Shown here piece after piece: positions 9,561-17,991 of a stretch of DNA of 42,390 nt. This DNA comes from Poseidonia sp. (GTDB lineage: Archaea; Thermoplasmatota; Poseidoniia; Poseidoniales; Poseidoniaceae), in contig JALRLR010000002.1 of the NCBI GenBank assembly GCA_023254355.1, positions 1-42,390 on the forward strand, in the 5' to 3' direction. Positions within the stretch are counted from its first letter, which is position 1. Each line of letters opens with the position of its first letter. A model generated the notes under the pieces. The model was not told where the DNA came from. It ran no database searches and saw only the letters and a program-made list of their open reading frames with translations. The position numbers were made by a program, and so were the translations under genes.

Positions 9561-10700
9561 TCAGTCTTCCTCGTTGAGTTTCATCAGTGCAGGGCTTGGT
9601 TCAGACATCGACGTTGGCAAGCCGGGGATGGTCCGCTTGGAACCCTCGTGGGCCGTGGTCATGATGGTCACCAATTCCATGAACTCCCTCAACAAGTTCA
9701 CCATGCCAACGTGGCTGTCCTCCGGGAGGACGATCCGTTCACAGGAGGCGGTTCGTTTTCCATCAGGGCTGAGGGTTTCAACGATGAGTTCCACCCTTGG
9801 TCCGCTTTTGTAGACGCCCCGTCTTTTGTTCGGGTCAACCAGAGAGTTCAGCAAGGTTTCGTCCCCTTCATCGGTGGCTTTCTTGAGGAACGTGGAAATT
9901 TTCCGCTGTTCGACAAACATTCCCGTGATGTCATGAAGGGTGGGGTCGAGACTCTCCAGCATCGTGAGTTCCAAGCGATAGGCCAGTTCGGCGCTCGGGT
10001 CAATCATGTCCTTCAGTCCAGCTTTTGGAAACCCTTCTCGGGCAACCAGTAAGGTGAACCCATGCAACGGTGGGGGAATGAAGCGCTCTCGTTCGCTTTC
10101 TGACCGATCCCGTTGCAATCCAAGGGTGTGGCGTCTGCTCTTCATGCGATGGCCTGCGTGAATCGCCCGGGGGACAATGAATCCGTCGATGTCACCGTTC
10201 ACGAGTTGTTGTTCCATCCACGGCCAGCGCTCGTCGCTGTCAAGTTGAGAAAAGGCTTCGCTGGCTCCAAGGCGGTTGATGACTTCATCCAACCGCACCA
10301 ACTCAAGGTCTGAACGCATGCGCATCATTTGACGACGGAGCAATTCATGGTCGCAAACGACGACAGACCCGGCTTGGAGATACTCGGGTTTGTCGTTGGC
10401 CACCAACACCCACGTTGGTTCCTTCCGTGGCAAGACGCCGGCGATCATCAACCCAGATACGTCTTCGTTTTGCCAATCAAAAGCGCTCATGGCGACGATG
10501 TCAGCTTGACCATCACGAAGCACTTGAAGCGCCGTGGTCATGTGAGGAACTTGTTTCAGTCGAAGGTCACGGTGGCGCCCGTGGGTGTCCACGGTTCTCT
10601 CAATTTGTTGGCGAACGCCGTCGTCGCGGTTGGGCGTGGTCAAAATCACCATGCGCTCCTGCGTCTCCATTTCATCGCCTCGGTGAGGGTTGTCCCCCAC
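9561..10700 (-). CDS. Divergent porphobilinogen-deaminase (HemC)-fold protein, probably non-canonical
   Basis: By-eye collinearity with HemC. 'GQADIVAMSAFDW..GLMIAGVLPRKEPTWVLV..LQAGSVVVCDHELLRRQMMRMRSDLELVRL' parallels 'ADIAVHSMKDVP..GL.L..I.EREDPRDAFV..LP.GS.VGTSSLRR..QL...RPDL.I..LRGN'. 'PPPLHGFTLLVARE' parallels 'PAVGQGA.GIECR'. The start is uncertain (10700 or ATG 10670). Confidence 0.45.
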   Translation of the reverse strand: MGDNPHRGDEMETQERMVILTTPNRDDGVRQQIERTVDTHGRHRDLRLKQVPHMTTALQVLRDGQADIVAMSAFDWQNEDVSGLMIAGVLPRKEPTWVLVANDKPEYLQAGSVVVCDHELLRRQMMRMRSDLELVRLDEVINRLGASEAFSQLDSDERWPWMEQQLVNGDIDGFIVPRAIHAGHRMKSRRHTLGLQRDRSESERERFIPPPLHGFTLLVAREGFPKAGLKDMIDPSAELAYRLELTMLESLDPTLHDITGMFVEQRKISTFLKKATDEGDETLLNSLVDPNKRRGVYKSGPRVELIVETLSPDGKRTASCERIVLPEDSHVGMVNLLREFMELVTIMTTAHEGSKRTIPGLPTSMSEPSPALMKLNEED

Positions 10701-10751
10701 GGGTCAAGGGCGTTGACGACTGGTTAAGAAGCCCACCGTTGTCCAAGGGGT

Positions 10752-11735
10752 GTGCAGAGCGATGTTGAGCACCTCGGTCATGCGTTGCAAACCATGCGCG
10801 AAGAGGTGAATGTTGCCTTGGCCGACCTCATTGAAGACGAGGTTCAGCGAGGCGCTGGTGAGGTGGCCTTGGAAGCGGGGCGAGTCCTCAATGCGGGCGG
10901 GAAGCGCTTGCGCCCCCTCCTCTTTTTGCTCGCTTATCGTCTGGCTGGGGGCACAAAACAAGACGACGTGATGCCCCTTGCGCTTGCGTTTGAACTGATT
11001 CACACGGCAACGTTGGTCCACGACGACATCAACGATGAGGCCCAGCAACGACGGGGCATCCCCACCATCCATGCCAAAGCAGGTCAAGCCAAGGCGGTTA
11101 TTGCAGGAGATTGGTTGTTCGTCCAGGGATTCGCCCTCGGCGGACGTTATAGCGAGCAAATCGTGACGGTGATTGCTCGCTGCTGCGCCGACATCGCGGT
11201 TTCGGAATTTCATCAACTCGACCATGTGTTGAACTTGGCCACTTCTCCCGAGGACTATCTTTCCATCGTCAAGGGGAAAACCGCCGGTCCCTTTGCCGCA
11301 GGATGTTATGCTGCGGGTCTGGTCGCTGGGCTCCCTGAACCTCAAGCCAAAGCTTTGGAAACCTTTGGAATGGAACTTGGTATTGCGTTCCAACTGGTGG
11401 ATGACCTGCTTGATTTGCGTGGCGATGAACGAATGGGCAAACCTCGTGGAGCCGATGTCTACGAAGGAAAGATGACGCTGCCCTTGATCCATGCCCTGAC
11501 GCTTTCTCACGGCCACCATCGTGAGCGGCTTTCCGAAGTCATCGAACACTTTTCCGACGATGATTTTGATGAATTGATGGCCTTGCTCAATCGCTCCAAC
11601 AGCCTTGAGTACGCCGAAATCCTCGTTCGAACCCACCTTGAACGAGCCCAAGCAGCCCTCGATGCGTTCCCCGATAGCGAAGCGAAATCCATGATGCGCC
11701 ACATCACCGATTTTGTCAAAACACGACATGCTTGA
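10752..11735 (+). CDS. trans-Polyprenyl diphosphate synthase (GGPP-synthase-like)
   Basis: First Asp-rich motif 'LVHDDINDEAQQRRG' and second 'FQLVDDLLD'. Chain length cannot be read from the sequence. The start is GTG 10752 or ATG 10794. Confidence 0.85.
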   Translation: MQSDVEHLGHALQTMREEVNVALADLIEDEVQRGAGEVALEAGRVLNAGGKRLRPLLFLLAYRLAGGTKQDDVMPLALAFELIHTATLVHDDINDEAQQRRGIPTIHAKAGQAKAVIAGDWLFVQGFALGGRYSEQIVTVIARCCADIAVSEFHQLDHVLNLATSPEDYLSIVKGKTAGPFAAGCYAAGLVAGLPEPQAKALETFGMELGIAFQLVDDLLDLRGDERMGKPRGADVYEGKMTLPLIHALTLSHGHHRERLSEVIEHFSDDDFDELMALLNRSNSLEYAEILVRTHLERAQAALDAFPDSEAKSMMRHITDFVKTRHA

Positions 11736-11744
11736 GGGATTGGA

Positions 11745-12890
11745 TTGGCGGTGAAATCGGTAGAGCATCGAACCGTCATCATCGTCGGTGCCGGGCCTGC
11801 GGGGAGTGCGGCTGCTCAACGCCTTGCTGAAGCGGGGATTGACGTGTTGATGCTTGAGCGTCGCCATGTTGTGGGCAATCCTGCCCAATGCGGCGAATGC
11901 ATCCCCAATTGGGGGGAGGTCGTCGGAACCTTCCTTCACTTGAACGACCATGAATGGCTCAAGACCTACTTTGACTTCCCCGAGCGCCTACGCCTTCATC
12001 GATTGGACAACATGCGCGTGTTTCTCCCGTCGGGGAAATCCTACGAATTTGAATTGGACGCTTTTGCAGGTCACCGCCTTCAGTTCGACGGCTACCTTGC
12101 CGACAAAGCCGTCCGAGCGGGGGCCGAACTTCGCGTCAACACGGCGCTGAAGCGTTTGCAAACCCAAAAGAAAGCAGGCAGGGAACTTCTGGTGACCTCC
12201 GAGGGGCGCTTTTCGTGCGATGTGCTCATTGACGCCTCCGGAAGTTTGGCTCACGTGGCTCGGTTGCGGCACGGGCAGGACCGAGCGGTCCGCCCCGATG
12301 ACCAAGTCCCCACCATCTATGCACAGGTCAAGGGTGAGGTGCCCGAAACCTTCGATGTGTTCCTAGGTTCCATCGCGCCTTCGGGATATGCTTGGATCAT
12401 CCCCAAGGGCCCTGGTTTCGCCAACGTCGGCTTGGGCGTACGAGCAGGGAAACTGAAAGGCGATTTGAAAGGTCATCTTGAACAGTTTTGCAAAGACCTG
12501 AACCTGGAGATTCTCTCGATTGGTGGTGGTTGGATTCCGATGGGAGGGCCGGTCAAGCGAATGGTTGACGGTAACACGCTGGCCGTCGGCGATGCGGCAG
12601 GCTTGGTGATGCCAAGCAACGGTGGCGGAATCAGCCAAGCCATCATCTCGGGTTGTTTTGCGGCCGAGACCATCATCGACCATCTGGAACACGGGACACC
12701 CTTGAGCGAATACGAACGACGGGTTCGTGCATCGATGGGCCCGGCCTTGAAAAATTCCTTGCGGACCAAGAACATGGGGTATGCGTTCATGCGAGGCGAC
12801 CTCATGACCGAAGCGATTCTGCGAATTCTCGGGCCAATCGGCGGCATCAAGCGCGCCATGGAATGCGACCGCCCCTTGTGGCTGATTTGA
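11745..12890 (+). CDS. Geranylgeranyl reductase family flavoprotein (archaeal lipid saturation)
   Basis: N-terminal FAD fold 'VIIVGAGPAGSAAAQRLAEAGIDVLMLERR', plus 'GDAAGLVMPSNGGGI' and 'GGGWIPMGG'. Adjacent to the polyprenyl synthase. Confidence 0.85.
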   Translation: MAVKSVEHRTVIIVGAGPAGSAAAQRLAEAGIDVLMLERRHVVGNPAQCGECIPNWGEVVGTFLHLNDHEWLKTYFDFPERLRLHRLDNMRVFLPSGKSYEFELDAFAGHRLQFDGYLADKAVRAGAELRVNTALKRLQTQKKAGRELLVTSEGRFSCDVLIDASGSLAHVARLRHGQDRAVRPDDQVPTIYAQVKGEVPETFDVFLGSIAPSGYAWIIPKGPGFANVGLGVRAGKLKGDLKGHLEQFCKDLNLEILSIGGGWIPMGGPVKRMVDGNTLAVGDAAGLVMPSNGGGISQAIISGCFAAETIIDHLEHGTPLSEYERRVRASMGPALKNSLRTKNMGYAFMRGDLMTEAILRILGPIGGIKRAMECDRPLWLI

Positions 12891-12968
12891 GGTTGGTCGC
12901 TCCAAATCATCGTTGCGACGGGCCGCTTCCATCGGTTGGTTCAAGTGATTTGACGGTGTGGTAAGGGC

Positions 12969-13460
12969 ATGCGAGCGTCCATCCGACGAGACGAGGATGC
13001 CGTCAGCCCGGTCATCGCCACCGTCTTGTTGCTCGCCATCACGGTGATGCTCTCAAGCATGGTCTTCGTGCTCATGCAGGGTGCCTTAACCACCGTTGAG
13101 AAAGCCCCTCCTCAAGCCACCGTCAGTGTGCGAGCCCTCGACAACGGGTTCCACGTGGTTCGCATCACCAGCCTCGACCAATCCATCGACCCTGCTCGCC
13201 TTGAATACACGCTACAACCCGCCAACCGCTCCGTTGCGTTCCCCATGGGTGGCCAAGTCTCGGACGCCGACGTGTACGGCGTGATCGGTTCCAACGTGTC
13301 ATTCCACGACCGTGATGCTGGCTATTCAGTGACCCAAGGCGATTACTTTGTGATCGATTCGGCCACCATCGGCGCCACCGATGGAACTTGGCGCTTCAAG
13401 TTGGTTGAAGAGACGGCCGGTGTGTTGCTGATCGACGTCACCCTTCCAGCGATGCGATGA
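12969..13460 (+). CDS. Archaeal type IV pilin-like protein (class III signal peptide)
   Basis: N-terminus 'MRASIRRDEDAVSPVIATVLLLAITVMLSSMVFVLM'. A charged leader followed by the 'VSPVI..' hydrophobic helix is typical of archaeal pilins and archaellin-like preproteins. Confidence 0.65.
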   Translation: MRASIRRDEDAVSPVIATVLLLAITVMLSSMVFVLMQGALTTVEKAPPQATVSVRALDNGFHVVRITSLDQSIDPARLEYTLQPANRSVAFPMGGQVSDADVYGVIGSNVSFHDRDAGYSVTQGDYFVIDSATIGATDGTWRFKLVEETAGVLLIDVTLPAMR

Positions 13461-13461
13461 G

Positions 13462-14469
13462 CTAGCCGCCGATGAAGGACATCTCGACCTTTTCGCGATC
13501 GGGAGATGCGTGTTGCCGTTCAACGGAATACTGGTCATCTCGCCCACTCCAGATCGTTCGGATCGCCTCTTGGAGGTTCAGGTTGCTAGCCCCCATACGG
13601 AGCATGGACTTGAGGTCGTGTCCACGCGAAGAAAACAGGCAGGTGTACATTGAGCCGTCCGCCGACAAGCGTGCTCTCGAACAATCTCCGCAAAACGGCT
13701 GGGTGACCGAATTGATGAAGCCGAACAACTGGCCCGTTGAGGTGCGGTAGCGCCGTGCGACGTCGTGCTGGTTTTGCCCCTCCTCAGGTTGAAGGGCCCC
13801 GTACACCGTCTCCACGGCCTCTCGGATTTTCCGGCCGCTCACGACTTCGTCCATGTTCCAAGCGTTGGTGTTGCCCACGTCCATGAATTCGATGAATCGA
13901 AGCGGGATGCGACGTTCGGTGCAGGCGTTGGCCAAGGCGAGGACCTCGCCCTCGTTCACCGCCTTTCGCACCACGGTGTTGACCTTCACACCAAGACCGA
14001 CGCCAAGGGCGGCGTCGATTCCTTCAAGGATATCGTCCGGGCCAAAGGCGGTCGTGTCGGCCATCTGCGCAAAGATGGAAGGATCAAGCGCATCCAAGCT
14101 CACCGTGACTCGGCTCAAACCGGCCTCAGCGAGCCTCGCTGCGTTCGCTTTGAGAAGCGCCCCGTTGGTCGTCATCGCCAAGTCCAGGTTTGGTCCACAC
14201 GTTCGCAACATTTTGACAAGCACAGCGATATCGCTTCTCAAAAGGGGTTCGCCTCCGGTGAGCCTGACCTTTTCAAGACCGAGTGGAAGCAACGCTTTGA
14301 CCACCATCACGATTTCTTCGTAAGTGAGCAAGGCCTCTCGGGGCAGAAAAGCATGGTCTTTGCCAAAATGCTCACGGGGCATGCAGTAGGTGCAACGAAA
14401 GTTACAACGGTCGGTGATGGAAATCCGAAGGTCACGCAGCGGCCGGTCACGACGGTCCAGCAGCGTCAT
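13462..14469 (-). CDS. moaA: GTP 3',8-cyclase MoaA (radical SAM, molybdenum cofactor biosynthesis)
   Basis: 'LRISITDRCNFRCTYCMP' radical-SAM CxxxCxxC motif, C-terminal Cys cluster 'CGDCSRARLSADG', and a terminal GG. I prefer ATG 14469. An alternative GTG lies at 14487. Confidence 0.9.
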   Translation of the reverse strand: MTLLDRRDRPLRDLRISITDRCNFRCTYCMPREHFGKDHAFLPREALLTYEEIVMVVKALLPLGLEKVRLTGGEPLLRSDIAVLVKMLRTCGPNLDLAMTTNGALLKANAARLAEAGLSRVTVSLDALDPSIFAQMADTTAFGPDDILEGIDAALGVGLGVKVNTVVRKAVNEGEVLALANACTERRIPLRFIEFMDVGNTNAWNMDEVVSGRKIREAVETVYGALQPEEGQNQHDVARRYRTSTGQLFGFINSVTQPFCGDCSRARLSADGSMYTCLFSSRGHDLKSMLRMGASNLNLQEAIRTIWSGRDDQYSVERQHASPDREKVEMSFIGG

Positions 14470-14498
14470 GGAGTTTCGAGCCTGCACGGGTTCTTGAA

Positions 14499-14507
14499 CC
14501 TATAAGC
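14499..14507. promoter_or_regulatory. TATA-like element (CCTATAAGC) in the 72-nt divergent moaA/aroA spacer
   Basis: It is the only A/T-rich octamer in the spacer. It lies about 36 nt from the aroA ATG (14542) and about 32 nt from the moaA ATG (14469). Confidence 0.3.
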
Positions 14508-14541
14508 AAGGGTTCTTGGCGAACATGCTTCACCTTGTCCC

Positions 14542-15963
14542 ATGGCGAAGCGTTGGGTTGCCCGTTGGGGACCCACTCAACCCGGTGAAAAAGGGAGTTT
14601 CGTGGAGGTCTTGGCGATCCAAGGTAAATCCTCTATAGAAATGATGCATTGGGTGTTGCCGCCCTCGAAAAGCCATGCCATTCGGATGCTCGCGTTGGCC
14701 GCCCAATCTCCCCAATCCACGGTGCTCCACAACATGGCCTTCGCCGGTCAAGACGTGGTTTCCATGCGGCGTTGTCTGGGGCAACTTGGGGTTTCGTTTG
14801 ATGACCTTGACGCCTCGGGCGATGTGCTGCCCCCCGTTGCCAACCGCGACGACCAACCTCACGAAGAGGCGCAGTCTTGGCGAGTTCACGGTGTCGGCCC
14901 GGGTGGGCTTCAACCCCCAACGAGCGTGCTGCATGCGGGCAACTCCGGCACGGCTTTGAGAATCTTGATGGCGCTCGCAGCTCAATTCAGCGTCCCGGTG
15001 ATGTTGGACGGCGATGCATCGTTGCGGTCTCGTTCCTATGCAAACTTGCTCTCTTCACTGCAAGAAGCCGGCGTGAACGTGTCCTACGGCACCGAGCATG
15101 AACGCCTTCCCGTTTTGCTTCAAGGTCCTCAGGTTGCTCACGCGAACGTCACGTTGGATGTCTCGTCCTCCAGTCAGCCAAGCACCGCTTGGTACCTCGC
15201 CACGCCCAGTCTTCAAACGCCCATTCGCTTGAATGAACGAGGCCATGCGGTATCGAGGCGTCATTCGGAGCTCACTCGCATGCTTTGCATGGCCAGCGGC
15301 GCCCCATCCATCGGCGAAGGCGAACTCGTGCCCTGGGTCCCCAACTTTTCTCCCTCCTCGCTTGAGGTTCCACCCGACTGTTCCATGCTGGCGTTTGCGT
15401 TCCTCGCTGCACGGGTCCACGGGTGCCAAGTTGCTCTCGCTCAGTTGCCTCGTCACGATGATGCCTTGGGCCACGAACTCCTCTTCGAACACGCCTCTTT
15501 GCTCGGTGTCAGGGTGGAGGGGAACGTGTTGGTGCCGCTCGATGCCCCGCTGCAGGAGGTTGAATTGGATTTACGGGACGCCAACGATTTGATCACGCCC
15601 TTGGCTGCCCTCATGGCCTTGGGCGGTGGTGGCACCATCACGGGGGCCGCCCATGCTGCCCACAAAGAGACGAATCGGCTTTCAGGCACCCAACGCTTCT
15701 TGGCACAATTTGGTCTTCAATCCCAAGCGACGTCCCAAGGACTTGTCCTTGCCGGCGGGCAACGCTTCGAAGCTCCGCAGGGCGTGGTCGAAACCTACGG
15801 CGACCATCGCATGCAATTGACCGCCTTGGTTCTCGCAAGTTCCTTGACGGCGACCACCTTACTCACTGGCCCTACCTTGCACGGCATCGCCGACCCAGAG
15901 GCCGTTGAGCGCTGGCGAAGGTGCGGCGTTGAGGTGGAAGCCCGCCTCCATGCGACGTGGTAG
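14542..15963 (+). CDS. aroA: 3-phosphoshikimate 1-carboxyvinyltransferase (EPSP synthase)
   Basis: 'LPPSKSHAIRMLALAA', 'AGNSGTALRILMALAA' and 'DHRMQLTALVLA' are hallmark EPSP synthase motifs. ATG 14542 lies about 36 nt downstream of a TATAAG element. Confidence 0.85.
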   Translation: MAKRWVARWGPTQPGEKGSFVEVLAIQGKSSIEMMHWVLPPSKSHAIRMLALAAQSPQSTVLHNMAFAGQDVVSMRRCLGQLGVSFDDLDASGDVLPPVANRDDQPHEEAQSWRVHGVGPGGLQPPTSVLHAGNSGTALRILMALAAQFSVPVMLDGDASLRSRSYANLLSSLQEAGVNVSYGTEHERLPVLLQGPQVAHANVTLDVSSSSQPSTAWYLATPSLQTPIRLNERGHAVSRRHSELTRMLCMASGAPSIGEGELVPWVPNFSPSSLEVPPDCSMLAFAFLAARVHGCQVALAQLPRHDDALGHELLFEHASLLGVRVEGNVLVPLDAPLQEVELDLRDANDLITPLAALMALGGGGTITGAAHAAHKETNRLSGTQRFLAQFGLQSQATSQGLVLAGGQRFEAPQGVVETYGDHRMQLTALVLASSLTATTLLTGPTLHGIADPEAVERWRRCGVEVEARLHATW

Positions 15964-17991
15964 TTATCCGTGCCGACCGAAGTGATGGTCCAAACTGTCA
16001 ACCGGTATCCGGAGGGAGGTCGGTCGACCGTGAACGCACGCCCAAGGGTTGGGAATGCGGCGCATATCATCGAGCAGGCGTCGCATTTCTGCAAGCGTCA
16101 GTGGTTGGTTGGCTTTCACCGCACCGCGGCAAGCGTTCATGAATGCCATGTGGTCCTTCCGGGCCTCGATCGTTTCCAACGGTCCACCGTCTTGCGATAA
16201 ATCCTGGAGAAGGTCGAGGAAGAAAGGACGAATTTCTTGGCCATGCAACAATCGGGGTGATGCGGTGAGATGCCAGTCTTCTTGCTGACGGACGAGGTGA
16301 AAGCCGAGCGAGTGAAGCCGCTCAAGTTGCGCATCCACGATGGCGGATTGTCGAGGGTCCAAGCCAAGATTGAGGGGGTCAAGTCGCTGTTGAGGCTCCC
16401 ACGCTTGTCCGCTGTTGCGTAACCGTTCGTACCGAACCCGTTCATGCAAGGCGTGCTGGTCAATGAGCAGCAATTCGTCTTCTGCCTGAACGAGAATGTA
16501 GGAGTTTGCAAATTGAGCCAGTGGTTCCATCGGTGGTAATTCGTTCAGCACACCCGTCAACGGGTCCTCTTGACTTGGCATCGAGGTGGTGGCCTTGCCG
16601 GCGTAGCGATGCAGGTGGCGTTCGGCCGAAGACAGATGGTCAGCCATGGGTTCCGTACTTTGGTCGGGGAGGACGGCTTGACCCAGTGGCGAGGCGGAAA
16701 CGGGTCGTGATGCAGTGGGTTCCTCAGGTTTCGTCGCTTCTTCTCCCACCAAGTTGAGTTGTTTTCCTGCGGCCACGGCCCATGCAGGCGGGGCGGCGAC
16801 GGCCTTTGTCTCAACGCTCGGTTGGAGGTTCAAGCCTGCGGCCGAATGGAGCGGGAGGGCTGGCTCGTGATCCTTCGTCGCTATCGTTGGTTCTCCGGCC
16901 AACAACGAGGCCACCGATGCGGTGGCCTCAGCGGTTGCCAACCCGCGCAATTCGGGGATGCCACCGGTGGCGTCAGGTTCGGTCGGTACGGATTCCAGGG
17001 TGTAGGCAATCGCCCGCTCAAGACGCTCCAAGACCCTCCACGAGTGGCGTAGTCGAACCTCCCGCTTAGTGGGGTGCACGTTGACGTCAACTTCGTTTGG
17101 TGGGCAGGTGAGGTTGATGACGGCCAAGGGGTGGCGTCCCTGCATCAGGCGGGTCCGGTAGCCCCGACGAATCGCTTGCAAAAACGGTCCAGCCGCAACG
17201 GGACGGTTGTTGATCAGGACGTGGATATCGTCCCCTTTCCCTCGGGTGATGTCGGGTGTGCTGATCCATCCATTCCAACGCTCATCCCCGGGCGCGTCGT
17301 TGTCCGAGGGAGGTTGTTCCAACGGAATCAGCTCGGTGGCTTGGGCGCCCATGATGTCGTACAGGCGGTCGAGCATGTCGTCCGTGGCCGGGACATTGAG
17401 CAGGGTGCGTTCGACGGATTTGAGGTGAAACCCGCATTCCGGGTGGGCAAGCGCATGATTCACCACCACGTCAACGATGCGCGCCGTTTCGGTTTCGGGC
17501 CGCCGTTGGAACGCTAAGCGGGCGGGGGTGTTTTGGAACAAATGTTCCACGCTGATTCGCGTGCCGTCGTGCATGCCGACGGGTTGGACCGGCGATTTGA
17601 CGCCGTCCTCCATCACGATGCTGGCGCCGGCTGCACCGGGCGGTTGGCTGGCCACGGTCAATTTCGAGACCATGCCAATGCTGGCCAGGGCTTCTCCCCG
17701 GAACCCAAGTGACACGATGGAGGCCAAATCTTCCTTGGTGCTGAGTTTGGAGGTGGCGTGACGGTCCAACGCCAAGGGGAGGTCATCAGCGGTGATGCCG
17801 CTGCCGTTGTCTTCAACCACGAGGCGGTCAAAGCCCCCGTTTTCCACCAGAACGGTAATGGCGGTGGCGCCAGCATCGAGGCTGTTTTCCACCAGTTCTT
17901 TGACCACTTGCGCTGGACGTTCAACCACTTCTCCGGCCGCAATGTGGCCGATGGTCGCATCGTCCAATTGGACGATTCGTTGAGGTTTCAT
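15964..17991 (-). CDS. mutL: DNA mismatch repair protein MutL (endonuclease-motif type)
   Basis: N-terminal GHKL ATPase 'IAAGEVVERPAQVVKELVENSLDAG'. C-terminal 'DQHALHERVRYERL' matches the DQHA(x)2E(x)4E endonuclease motif. 'ACVHGRPT' is CPHGRP-like. Its start overlaps the mutS stop by 4 nt. Confidence 0.92.
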   Translation of the reverse strand: MKPQRIVQLDDATIGHIAAGEVVERPAQVVKELVENSLDAGATAITVLVENGGFDRLVVEDNGSGITADDLPLALDRHATSKLSTKEDLASIVSLGFRGEALASIGMVSKLTVASQPPGAAGASIVMEDGVKSPVQPVGMHDGTRISVEHLFQNTPARLAFQRRPETETARIVDVVVNHALAHPECGFHLKSVERTLLNVPATDDMLDRLYDIMGAQATELIPLEQPPSDNDAPGDERWNGWISTPDITRGKGDDIHVLINNRPVAAGPFLQAIRRGYRTRLMQGRHPLAVINLTCPPNEVDVNVHPTKREVRLRHSWRVLERLERAIAYTLESVPTEPDATGGIPELRGLATAEATASVASLLAGEPTIATKDHEPALPLHSAAGLNLQPSVETKAVAAPPAWAVAAGKQLNLVGEEATKPEEPTASRPVSASPLGQAVLPDQSTEPMADHLSSAERHLHRYAGKATTSMPSQEDPLTGVLNELPPMEPLAQFANSYILVQAEDELLLIDQHALHERVRYERLRNSGQAWEPQQRLDPLNLGLDPRQSAIVDAQLERLHSLGFHLVRQQEDWHLTASPRLLHGQEIRPFFLDLLQDLSQDGGPLETIEARKDHMAFMNACRGAVKANQPLTLAEMRRLLDDMRRIPNPWACVHGRPTSLRIPVDSLDHHFGRHG

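Noticed and set aside
10704-11951. 415-aa minus-strand ORF spanning the polyprenyl synthase and the start of geranylgeranyl reductase
   Set aside because: It is antisense to two genes with unmistakable family motifs. Its own translation is low-complexity (Arg/Gly/Ser-rich) with no motif. Long shadow ORFs are expected in GC-rich DNA.
14631-14639. The palindromic 9-mer CTCTATAGA occurs three times (14631, 20836, 38141), each time encoding Ser-Ile-Glu in frame
   Set aside because: In about 85 kb of two-strand sequence, many arbitrary 9-mers are expected to recur three times by chance. All copies are inside unrelated coding regions and share no flanking similarity.
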